Below, piece after piece: positions 50,801-63,700 of a stretch of DNA of 64,000 nucleotides; positions within the stretch are counted from its first letter, which is position 1; each line of letters opens with the position of its first letter. The DNA comes from Eledone cirrhosa. Its lineage: Eukaryota. The translations under genes were made by a program, and so were the position numbers. The stretch spans positions 205,778,001 to 205,842,000 of the forward strand of contig OZ024743.1 in the NCBI GenBank assembly GCA_964016885.1, written 5' to 3'. The notes under the pieces were generated by a model. It ran no database searches. It was not told the origin of the DNA and saw only the letters and a program-made list of their open reading frames with translations.

Positions 50801-53800
50801 CTCCTTGATTTTGTATACAAATTATCTCCCCCTGATTTTTTTTTACAAATTATCTGCCCCTGATTATTTTTTTACAAATTAGCTCCGCCTGATTTTTTTT
50901 TAAAATTATCTCCCCTTGGACGGCTGGAAATTATCTCCCCTTGGACGGCTGGAAATTATCTCCCCTTGAACGGCTAGAAATTACCTCTCCTTGGACGGCT
51001 GAAAATTATCTCCCCTTGGACGGCTGGAAATTATCGCCCCCTGATTTTTTTTAACAAATTATCTCCACCTGATTTTTTTTACAAATCATCTCCGCCTGAT
51101 TTTTTTAAGAAATTATCTCCCTTGGCTTGCTGGAAATTATCTTCCCTTGGACGGCTAGAAATTACCTCTCCTTGGACGGCTGGAAATTATGTCTCCTTGG
51201 ACGGCTGGAAATTATCTCCCCTTGGACGGCTGGAAATTATCTCCCCTTGGACGGCTGGAAATTATCTCCCCTTGGACGGCTAGATATTACCTCTCCTTGG
51301 ACGGCTGGAAATTATCTGCCCTTGGACGGCTGGAAATTATCTCCCCTTGGACGGCTGGAAATTATTTCCCCTTGATTTTTTTTACAGATTATCTCCCCCT
51401 GATTTTTTTTTACAAATCTCCCCCTAATTTAAAAAAAAATTATCTCCCCTTCGCTGGCTGGAAATTATCTTCCTTTGGACGGCTGGAAATTATAGCCGCT
51501 TGTAGGGCTGGAAATTATCTCCCCTTGGACGGCTGGAAATTATCTCCCCTTGATTTTTTTTACTAATTATCTTACCCTGAATTTTTTTTACAAATTATCT
51601 CCGCCTGATTTTTTTAAAAAAATTATCTCCCCTTGGCTGGATGGAAATTATCTCCCCTTGGACGGCTGGAAATTATCTCCCCTTGATTTCTTCTACAAAG
51701 TATCTACCCCTGATTTTTTTTTTACAAATTATTTCTCCCTGATTTTTTTTTACAAATATCTCCCCTTGGCTGGCTGGAAATTACCTCCCCTTGGCTGGCT
51801 GGAAATTATCTCCCCCTGATATTTTTTTACAAATTAGCTCCCCCTGATTTTTTTTTACAAATTATCTCCCCCTGATTTTTTTCACAAATTATCTCCCCCT
51901 GATTTTTTTTACAAATTATCTCCCCTGATTTGAAAAAAAAAATTATCTCCCCTTGGACGGCTGGAAATTATCTCCCCTTGACGGCTATAAATTATCTCTC
52001 CTTCGACGGCTGTAAATTATCTCCCCTTGATTTTTTTACAAATTATCTCCCCCTGATTTTTTTTTACCAATCTACCCCTGATTTTAAAAAAAAATTATCT
52101 CCCCTTCGCTGGCTGGAAATTATCTCCCCTTGGACGGCTGGAAATTATCTCCCCTTGGAAGGATGGAAATTATCTCCCCTTGGACGGCTGGAAATTATCT
52201 CCCCTTGCACGGCTGGAAATTATCTCCCCTTGGACGGCTAGAAATTACCTCTCCTTGGACGGCTGAAAATTATCTCCCCTTGGACGGCTGGAAATTATCT
52301 CCCCCTGATTTTTTTTAAAAATTATCTCCCCTTGCACGGCTGGAAATTATCTCCCCTTGGACGGCTGGAAATTATCTCCCCTTGGACGCCTAGAAATTAC
52401 CTCTCCTTGGACAGCTGTAAATTATCTCCCCTTGGACGGCTGGAAATTATCTCCCCTTGGAAGGATGGAAATTATCTCCCCTTGGACGGCTGGAAATTAT
52501 CTCCCCTTGCACTGCTGGAAATTATCTCCCCTTGGACGGCTGGAAATTATCTGCCCTTGATTTTGTTTTTACAAATTATCTTCCCCTGATTTTTTTTACA
52601 AATTATCCGCCTGATTTTTTTAAATATTATCTTCCCTTGGCTGGCGGGAAATTATCTCCCCTTGGACGCCTGGAAATTATCTCCCCTTGGAAGGATGGAA
52701 ATTATCTCCCCTTGGACGGCTGGAAATTATCTCCCCTTGCACTGCTGGAAATTATCTCCCCTTGGACGGCTGGAAATTATCTGCCCTTGATTTTGTTTTT
52801 ACAAATTATCTTCCCCTGATTTTTTTTACAAATTATCTCCACCTGATTTTTTAAAAAATTATCTCCCCTTGGACGGCTGGAAATTATCTCCCCTTGGCTG
52901 GAAATTATCTCCCCTTGGACGGCTAGAAATTATCTCTCTTTGGACGGCTGTAAATTATCTCCCCTTGATTTTTTTTACAAATTATCTCCCCCTGATTTTT
53001 TTTACAAATTATCTCCGCCTGATTTTTTTTTTACAAATTATCTCCCCCTGATTTTTTTACAAATTATCTCCCCCTAATTTATTTTACAAATTATCTCCGC
53101 CTGATTTTTTTAAATATTATCTTCCCTTGGCTGGCGGGAAATAATCTCCCCTTGGACGGCTGGAAATTATCTCCCCTTGGAAGGATGGAAATTATCTTCC
53201 CTTGGACGGCTGGAAATTATCTCCCCTTGCACGGCTGGAAATTATCTCACCTTGGACGGCTGGAAATTATCTCCCCTTCGCTGGAAATTATCTCCCCTTG
53301 GATGGCTAGAAATTATCTCTCTTTGGACGGCTGGAAATTATCTCCCCTTGATTCTTTTTACAAATTATCTCCCCCTGATTTTTTTTACAAATCTCCCAGT
53401 GATTTTAAAAAAAAAATTATCTCCCTTTCGCTGGCTGGAAATTATCTCCCCTTGGACGCTGGAAATTATAGCCCCTTGGAGGGCTGGAAATTATCTTCCC
53501 TTGGACGGCTGGAAATTATCTCCCCTTGATTTTTTTTACATATTATCTCCCCCTGATTTTTTTTACAACTTACCTCCGCCTGATTTTTTTAAAAAAATTA
53601 TCTCCCCTTGGACGGCTGGAAATTATCTCCCCTTGGACGGCTGGAAATTATCTCTCCTTGGACGGCTAGAAATTACCTCTCCTTGGACGGCTGAAAATTA
53701 TCTCCCCTTGGACGGCTGGAAATTATCTCCCCTTGATTTTTTTTACAAATTATCTCCCCCTGATTTTTTTTTACAAATTATCTCCCCCTGATTTTTTTTA

Positions 53801-54244
53801 CAAATTATATTCCCTTGGCTGGCTGGAAATTATCTCCCCTTGGAGGCTGGAATTTATCTCCCCTTGGACGGCTAGAAATTACCTCTCCTTGGACGGCTGG
53901 AAATTATGTCTCCTTGGACGGCTGGAAATTATCTCCCCTTGGACGGCTGGAAATTATCTCCCCTTGGACGGCTGGAAATTATCTCCCCTTGATTTTGTAT
54001 ACAAATTATCTCCCCCTGATATTTTTTTACAAATTATCTTCCCCTGATTATTTTTTACAAATTAGCTCCGCCTGATTTTTTTTAAAAATTATCTCCCCTT
54101 GGACGGCTGGAAATTATCTCCCCTTGGACGGCTGGAAATTATCTCCCCTTGAACGGCTAGAAATTACCTGTCCTTGGACGGCTGAAAATTATCTCCCCTT
54201 GGCTGGAAATTATCTCCCCTTGGACGGCTAGAAATTATCTCTCT
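47858..54244. repeat. 6.6-kb HOR family, unit 2 (6387 bp; lacks 209 bp)
   Basis: Offset to unit 1 is 6596-6597 before ~49416 and 6387 after it (42511/49107; 43115/49502; 46765/53152). Confidence 0.92.
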
Positions 54245-57200
54245 TTGGACGGCTGGAACTTATCTCCCCTTGATTTTTTTACAAATTATCTCCCCCAGAT
54301 TTTTTTTACAAATCTCCCAGTGATTTTTTTAAAAAAATTATCTCCCCTCCGCTGGCTGGAAATTATCTCCCCTTGGACGCTGGAAATTATAGCCCCTTGG
54401 AGGGCTGGAAGTTATCTTCGCTTCGAGGGCTGGAAATTATCTTCCCTTGGACGGCTAGAAATTATCTCCCCTTGATTTTTTTTACAAATTATCTCCCCCT
54501 GATTTTTTTTTTACAAATTATCTCCGCCTGATTTTTTTTTAAAATTATCTCCCCTTGGACGGCTGGAAATTATCTCCCCTTGGACGGCTGGAAATTATCT
54601 CCCCTTGGACGGCTAGAAATTACGTCTCCTTGGACGGCTGAAAATTATCTCCCCTTGGACGGCTGGAAATTATCTCCCTTGATTTTTTTTTACAAATTGT
54701 CTCCCCCTGATTTTTTTTTACAAATTATCTACCCCTGATTTTTTTTTACAAATTATCTCCCCCTGATTTTTTTTACAAATTATCTCCCCATGATTTTTTT
54801 TTACAAATTATCTCCCCCTGATTTTTTTTACAAATCTCCCCCTAATTTAAAAAAAAATTATCTCCCCTTCGCTGGCTGGAAATTATCTCCCTTTGGACGG
54901 CTGGAAATTATAGCTGCTTGTAGGGCTGGAAATTATCTCCCCTTGGACGGCTGGAAATTATCTCCCCTTGATTTTTTTTACTAATTATCTCCCCTGATAT
55001 TTTTTTACAAATATCTCCCCTTGGCTGCCTGGAAATTATCTCCCATTGGCAGGCTGGAAATGATCTCCCCTTGGACGGCTGGAAATTATCTCCCCTTGGA
55101 CGCCTAGAAATTACCTCTCCTTGGACAGCTGTAAATTATCTCCCCTTGGACGGCTGGAAATTATCTCCCCTTGATTTTGTATACAAATTATCTCCCCCTG
55201 ATTTTTTTTTACAAATTATCTGCCCCTGATTATTTTTTTACAAATTAGCTCCGCCTGATTTTTTTTTTAAATTATCTCCACTTGGACGGCTGGAAATTAT
55301 CTCCCCTTGGACGGCTGGAAATTATCTCCCCTTGAACGGCTAGAAATTACCTCTCCTTGGACGGCTGAAAATTATCTCCCCTTGGACGGCTGGAAATTAT
55401 CGCCCCCTGATTTTTTTTAACAAATTATCTCCACCTGATTTTTTTTACAAATCATCTCCGCCTGATTTTTTAAAGAAATTATCTCCCTTGGCTTGCTGGA
55501 AATTATCTCCCCTTGGACGGCTATAAATTATCTCTCCTTCGACGGCAGGAAATTATCTCCCCTTGATTTTTTTACAAATTATCTCCCCCTGATTTTTTTT
55601 TACCAATCTACCCCTGATTTAAAAAAAAAAATTATCTCCCCTTCGCTGGCTGGAAATTATCTCCCCTTGGACGGCTGGAAATTATCTCCCCTTGGAAGGA
55701 TGGAAATTATCTCCCCTTGGACGGCTGGAAATTATCTCCCCTTGCACGGCTGGAAATTATCTCCCCTTGGACGGCTAGAAATTACCTCTCCTTGGACGGC
55801 TGAAAATTATCTCCCCTTGGACGGCTGGAAATTATCTCCCCCTGATTTTTTTTAAAAATTATCTCCCCTTGCACGGCTGGAAATTATCTCCCCTTGGACG
55901 GCTGGAAATTATCTCCCCTTGGACGCCTAGAAATTACCTCTCCTTGGACAGCTGTAAATTATCTCCCCTTGGACGGCTGGAAATTATCTCCCCTTGGAAG
56001 GATGGAAATTATCTCCCCTTGGACGGCTGGAAATTATCTCCCCTTGCACTGCTGGAAATTATCTCCCCTTGGACGGCTGGAAATGATCTGCCCTTGATTT
56101 TGTTTTTACAAATTATCTTCCCCTGATTTTTTTTACAAATTATCCGCCTGATTTTTTTAAATATTATCTTCCCTTGGCTGGCGGGAAATTATCTCCCCTT
56201 GGACGCCTGGAAATTATCTCCCCTTGGAAGGATGGAAATTATCTCCCCTTGGACGGCTGGAAATTATCTCCCCTTGCACTGCTGGAAATTATCTCCCCTT
56301 GGACGGCTGGAAATTATCTGCCCTTGATTTTGTTTTTACAAATTATCTTCCCCTGATTTTTTTTACAAATTATCTCCACCTGATTTTTTAAAAAATTATC
56401 TCCCCTTGGACGGCTGGAAATTATCTCCCCTTGGCTGGAAATTATCTCCCCTTGGACGGCTAGAAATTATCTCTCTTTGGACGGCTGTAAATTATCTCCC
56501 CTTGATTTTTTTTACAAATTATCTCCCCCTGATTTTTTTTACAAATTATCTCCGCCTGATTTTTTTTTTACAAATTATCTCCCCCTGATTTTTTTACAAA
56601 TTATCTCCCCCTAATTTATTTTACAAATTATCTCCGCCTGATTTTTTTAAATATTATCTTCCCTTGGCTGGCGGGAAATAATCTCCCCTTGGACGGCTGG
56701 AAATTATCTCCCCTTGGAAGGATGGAAATTATCTTCCCTTGGACGGCTGGAAATTATCTCCCCTTGCACGGCTGGAAATTATCTCACCTTGGACGGCTGG
56801 AAATTATCTCCCCTTCGCTGGAAATTATCTCCCCTTGGATGGCTAGAAATTATCTCTCTTTGGACGGCTGGAAATTATCTCCCCTTGATTCTTTTTACAA
56901 ATTATCTCCCCCTGATTTTTTTTACAAATCTCCCAGTGATTTTAAAAAAAAAATTATCTCCCTTTCGCTGGCTGGAAATTATCTCCCCTTGGACGCTGGA
57001 AATTATAGCCCCTTGGAGGGCTGGAAATTATCTTCCCTTGGACGGCTGGAAATTATCTCCCCTTGATTTTTTTTACATATTATCTCCCCCTGATTTTTTT
57101 TACAACTTATCTCCGCCTGATTTTTTTAAAAAAATTATCTCCCCTTGGACGGCTGGAAATTATCTCCCCTTGGACGGCTGGAAATTATCTCTCCTTGGAC

Positions 57201-57781
57201 GGCTAGAAATTACCTCTCCTTGGACGGCTGAAAATTATCTCCCCTTGGACGGCTGGAAATTATCTCCCCTTGATTTTTTTTACAAATTATCTCCCCCTGA
57301 TTTTTTTTTACAAATTATCTCCCCCTGATTTTTTTTACAAATTATATTCCCTTGGCTGGCTGGAAATTATCTCCCCTTGGAGGCTGGAATTTATCTCCCC
57401 TTGGACGGCTAGAAATTACCTCTCCTTGGACGGCTGGAAATTATGTCTCCTTGGACGGCTGGAAATTATCTCCCCTTGGACGGCTGGAAATTATCTCCCC
57501 TTGGACGGCTGGAAATTATCTCCCCTTGATTTTGTATACAAATTATCTCCCCCTGATATTTTTTTACAAATTATCTGCCCCTGATTATTTTTTACAAATT
57601 AGCTCCGCCTGATTTTTTTTAAAAATTATCTCCCCTTGGACGGCTGGAAATTATCTCCCCTTGGACGGCTGGAAATTATCTCCCCTTGAACGGCTAGAAA
57701 TTACCTGTCCTTGGACGGCTGAAAATTATCTCCCCTTGGCTGGAAATTATCTCCCCTTGGACGGCTAGAAATTATCTCTCT
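54245..57781. repeat. 6.6-kb HOR family, unit 3 (3537 bp; internal ~3.06-kb deletion relative to unit 1)
   Basis: The first part matches unit 2 at +6386-6387 (49107/55493). The last part matches unit 2 at +3537 (52332/55869; 53152/56689). Confidence 0.92.
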
Positions 57782-60700
57782 TTGGACGGCTGGAACTTAT
57801 CTCCCCTTGATTTTTTTACAAATTATCTCCCCCAGATTTTTTTTACAAATCTCCCAGTGATTTTTTTAAAAAAATTATCTCCCCTCCGCTGGCTGGAAAT
57901 TATCTCCCCTTGGACGCTGGAAATTATAGCCCCTTGGAGGGCTGGAAGTTATCTTCGCTTCGAGGGCTGGAAATTATCTTCCCTTGGACGGCTAGAAATT
58001 ATCTCCCCTTGATTTTTTTTACAAATTATCTCCCCCTGATTTTTTTTTTACAAATTATCTCCGCCTGATTTTTTTTTAAAATTATCTCCCCTTGGACGGC
58101 TGGAAATTATCTCCCCTTGGACGGCTGGAAATTATCTCCCCTTGGACGGCTAGAAATTACGTCTCCTTGGACGGCTGAAAATTATCTCCCCTTGGACGGC
58201 TGGAAATTATCTCCCCTTGATTTTTTTTTACAAATTGTCTCCCCCTGATTTTTTTTTACAAATTATCTACCCCTGATTTTTTTTTACAAATTATCTCCCC
58301 CTGATTTTTTTTACAAATTATCTCCCCATGATTTTTTTTTACAAATTATCTCCCCCTGATTTTTTTTACAAATCTCCCCCTAATTTAAAAAAAAATTATC
58401 TCCCCTTCGCTGGCTGGAAATTATCTCCCTTTGGACGGCTGGAAATTATAGCTGCTTGTAGGGCTGGAAATTATCTCCCCTTGGACGGCTGGAAATTATC
58501 TCCCCTTGATTTTTTTTACTAATTATCTCCCCTGATATTTTTTTACAAATATCTCCCCTTGGCTGCCTGGAAATTATCTCCCATTGGCAGGCTGGAAATG
58601 ATCTCCCCTTGGACGGCTGGAAATTATCTCCCCTTGGACGCCTAGAAATTACCTCTCCTTGGACAGCTGTAAATTATCTCCCCTTGGACGGCTGGAAATT
58701 ATCTCCCCTTGATTTTGTATACAAATTATCTCCCCCTGATTTTTTTTTACAAATTATCTGCCCCTGATTATTTTTTTACAAATTAGCTCCGCCTGATTTT
58801 TTTTTTAAATTATCTCCACTTGGACGGCTGGAAATTATCTCCCCTTGGACGGCTGGAAATTATCTCCCCTTGAACGGCTAGAAATTACCTCTCCTTGGAC
58901 GGCTGAAAATTATCTCCCCTTGGACGGCTGGAAATTATCGCCCCCTGATTTTTTTTAACAAATTATCTCCACCTGATTTTTTTTACAAATCATCTCCGCC
59001 TGATTTTTTAAAGAAATTATCTCCCTTGGCTTGCTGGAAATTATCTCCCCTTGGACGGCTATAAATTATCTCTCCTTCGACGGCAGGAAATTATCTCCCC
59101 TTGATTTTTTTACAAATTATCTCCCCCTGATTTTTTTTTACCAATCTACCCCTGATTTAAAAAAAAAAATTATCTCCCCTTCGCTGGCTGGAAATTATCT
59201 CCCCTTGGACGGCTGGAAATTATCTCCCCTTGGAAGGATGGAAATTATCTCCCCTTGGACGGCTGGAAATTATCTCCCCTTGCACGGCTGGAAATTATCT
59301 CCCCTTGGACGGCTAGAAATTGCCTCTCCTTGAACGGCTGAAAATTATCTCCCCTTGGACGGCTGGAAATTATCTCCCCCTGATTTTTTTTACAAATTAT
59401 CTCCCCTTGCACGGCTGGAAATTATCTCCCCTTGGACGGCTGGAAATTATCTGCCCTTGATTTTGTTTTTACAAATTATCTCCCCCTGATTTTTTTTACA
59501 AATTATCTCCACCTGATATTTAAAAAAATTATCTCCCCTTGGACGGCTGGAAATTATCTCCCCTTGGCTGGAAATTATCTCCCCTTTGACGGCTAGAAAT
59601 TATCTCTCTTTGGACGGCTGGAAATTATCTCCCCTTGATTCTTTTTACAAATTATCTCCCCCTGATTTTTTTTACAAATCTCCCAGTGATTTTTAAAAAA
59701 AAATTATCTCCCCTTCGCTGGCTGGAAATTATCTCCCCTTGGACGCTGGAAATTATAGCCCCTTGGAGGCTGGAAATTATCTTCCCTTGGACGGCTGGAA
59801 ATTATCTCCCCTTGATTTTTTTACAAATTATCTCCCCCTGATTTTTTTTTACAAATTATCTCCCCCTGATTTTTTTTTACAAATTATCTCCCCCTGATTT
59901 TTTTTACAAATTATCTCCCCCTGATTTTTTTACAAATTATCTCCCCTTGGCTGGCTGGAAATTATCTCCCCTTGGAGGCTGGAATTTATCTCCCCTTCGA
60001 CGGCTGGAAATTATCTCCCATTGGACGGCTAGAAATTACCTCTCCTTGGACGGCTGAAAATTATCTCCCCTTGGACGGCTGGAAATTATCTCCCCTTGAT
60101 TTTTTTACAAATTATCTCCCCCTGATTTTTTTTTACAAATTATCTCCCCCTGAATTTTTTTTTACAAATTATCTCCCCCTGATTTTTTTTACAAATTATC
60201 TCACCCTGATTTTTTTACAAATTATCTCCCCTTGGCTGGCTGGAAATTATCTCCCCTTGGAGGCTGGAATTTATCTCCCCTTGGACGGCTGGAAATTATC
60301 TCCCCTTGGACGGCTAGAAATTACCTCTCCTTGGACGGCTGGAAATTATCTCCCCTTGAACGGCTGGAAATTATCTCCCCTTGGACGGCTGGAAATTATC
60401 TCCCCTTGGACGGCTGGAAATTATCTCCCCTTGGACGGCTAGAAATTACCTCTCCTTGGACGGCTGGAAATTATCTCCCCTTGGACGGCTGGAAATTATC
60501 TCCCCTTGGACGGCTGGAAATTATTTCCCCTTGATTTTTTTTACAAATCATCTCCCCCTGATTTTTTTTACAAATCTCCCCCTAATTTAAAAAAGAATTA
60601 GCTCCCCTTCGCTGGCTGGAAATTATCTCCCTTTGGACGGCTGGAAATTATAGCTGCTTGTAGGGCTGGAAATTATCTCCCCTTGGACGGCTGGAAATTA

Positions 60701-63700
60701 TCTCCCCTTGATTTTTTTTTACTAATTATCTCCCCCTGATTTTTTTTTACAAATATCTCCCCTTGGCTGCCTGGAAATTATCTCCCCTTGGCAGGCTGGA
60801 AATGATCTCCCCTTGGACGGCTGGAAATTATCTCCCCTTGGACGCCTAGAAATTACCTCTCCTTGGACAGCTGTAAATTATCTCCCCTTGGACGGCTGGA
60901 AATTATCTCGCCTTGGACGGCTGGAAATTATCTCTCCTTGATTTTGTATACAAATTATCTCCCCCTGATTTTTTTTTACAAATTATCTGCCCCTGATTAT
61001 TTTTTTACAAATTAGCTCCGCCTGATTTTTTTTTAAAATTATCTCCCCTTGGACGGCTGGAAATTATCTCCCCTTGGACGGCTGGAAATTATCTCCCCTT
61101 GAACGGCTAGAAATTACCTCTCCTTGGACGGCTGAAAATTATCTCCCCTTGGACGGCTGGAAATTATCGCCCCCTGATTTTTTTTAACAAATTATCTCCA
61201 CCTGATTTTTTTTACAAATCATCTCCGCCTGATTTTTTTAAGAAATTATCTCCCTTGGCTTGCTGGAAATTATCTTCCCTTGGACGGCTAGAAATTACCT
61301 CTCCTTGGACGGCTGGAAATTATGTCTCCTTGGACGGCTGGAAATTATCTCCCCTTGGACGGCTGGAAATTATCTCCCCTTGGACGGCTGGAAATTATCT
61401 CCCCTTGGACGGCTAGATATTACCTCTCCTTGGACGGCTGGAAATTATCTGCCCTTGGACGGCTGGAAATTATCTCCCCTTGGACGGCTGGAAATTATTT
61501 CCCCTTGATTTTTTTTACAGATTATCTCCCCCTGATTTTTTTTTACAAATCTCCCCCTAATTTAAAAAAAAATTATCTCCCCTTCGCTGGCTGGAAATTA
61601 TCTTCCTTTGGACGGCTGGAAATTATAGCCGCTTGTAGGGCTGGAAATTATCTCCCCTTGGACGGCTGGAAATTATCTCCCCTTGATTTTTTTTACTAAT
61701 TATCTTACCCTGAATTTTTTTTACAAATTATCTCCGCCTGATTTTTTTAAAAAAATTATCTCCCCTTGGCTGGATGGAAATTATCTCCCCTTGGACGGCT
61801 GGAAATTATCTCCCCTTGATTTCTTCTACAAAGTATCTACCCCTGATTTTTTTTTTACAAATTATTTCTCCCTGATTTTTTTTTACAAATATCTCCCCTT
61901 GGCTGGCTGGAAATTACCTCCCCTTGGCTGGCTGGAAATTATCTCCCCCTGATATTTTTTTACAAATTAGCTCCCCCTGATTTTTTTTTACAAATTATCT
62001 CCCCCTGATTTTTTTCACAAATTATCTCCCCCTGATTTTTTTTACAAATTATCTCCCCTGATTTGAAAAAAAAAATTATCTCCCCTTGGACGGCTGGAAA
62101 TTATCTCCCCTTGACGGCTATAAATTATCTCTCCTTCGACGGCTGTAAATTATCTCCCCTTGATTTTTTTACAAATTATCTCCCCCTGATTTTTTTTTAC
62201 CAATCTACCCCTGATTTTAAAAAAAAATTATCTCCCCTTCGCTGGCTGGAAATTATCTCCCCTTGGACGGCTGGAAATTATCTCCCCTTGGAAGGATGGA
62301 AATTATCTCCCCTTGGACGGCTGGAAATTATCTCCCCTTGCACGGCTGGAAATTATCTCCCCTTGGACGGCTAGAAATTACCTCTCCTTGGACGGCTGAA
62401 AATTATCTCCCCTTGGACGGCTGGAAATTATCTCCCCCTGATTTTTTTTAAAAATTATCTCCCCTTGCACGGCTGGAAATTATCTCCCCTTGGACGGCTG
62501 GAAATTATCTCCCCTTGGACGCCTAGAAATTACCTCTCCTTGGACAGCTGTAAATTATCTCCCCTTGGACGGCTGGAAATTATCTCCCCTTGGAAGGATG
62601 GAAATTATCTCCCCTTGGACGGCTGGAAATTATCTCCCCTTGCACTGCTGGAAATTATCTCCCCTTGGACGGCTGGAAATTATCTGCCCTTGATTTTGTT
62701 TTTACAAATTATCTTCCCCTGATTTTTTTTACAAATTATCCGCCTGATTTTTTTAAATATTATCTTCCCTTGGCTGGCGGGAAATTATCTCCCCTTGGAC
62801 GCCTGGAAATTATCTCCCCTTGGAAGGATGGAAATTATCTCCCCTTGGACGGCTGGAAATTATCTCCCCTTGCACTGCTGGAAATTATCTCCCCTTGGAC
62901 GGCTGGAAATTATCTGCCCTTGATTTTGTTTTTACAAATTATCTTCCCCTGATTTTTTTTACAAATTATCTCCACCTGATTTTTTAAAAAATTATCTCCC
63001 CTTGGACGGCTGGAAATTATCTCCCCTTGGCTGGAAATTATCTCCCCTTGGACGGCTAGAAATTATCTCTCTTTGGACGGCTGTAAATTATCTCCCCTTG
63101 ATTTTTTTTACAAATTATCTCCCCCTGATTTTTTTTACAAATTATCTCCGCCTGATTTTTTTTTTACAAATTATCTCCCCCTGATTTTTTTACAAATTAT
63201 CTCCCCCTAATTTATTTTACAAATTATCTCCGCCTGATTTTTTTAAATATTATCTTCCCTTGGCTGGCGGGAAATAATCTCCCCTTGGACGGCTGGAAAT
63301 TATCTCCCCTTGGAAGGATGGAAATTATCTTCCCTTGGACGGCTGGAAATTATCTCCCCTTGCACGGCTGGAAATTATCTCACCTTGGACGGCTGGAAAT
63401 TATCTCCCCTTCGCTGGAAATTATCTCCCCTTGGATGGCTAGAAATTATCTCTCTTTGGACGGCTGGAAATTATCTCCCCTTGATTCTTTTTACAAATTA
63501 TCTCCCCCTGATTTTTTTTACAAATCTCCCAGTGATTTTAAAAAAAAAATTATCTCCCTTTCGCTGGCTGGAAATTATCTCCCCTTGGACGCTGGAAATT
63601 ATAGCCCCTTGGAGGGCTGGAAATTATCTTCCCTTGGACGGCTGGAAATTATCTCCCCTTGATTTTTTTTACATATTATCTCCCCCTGATTTTTTTTACA

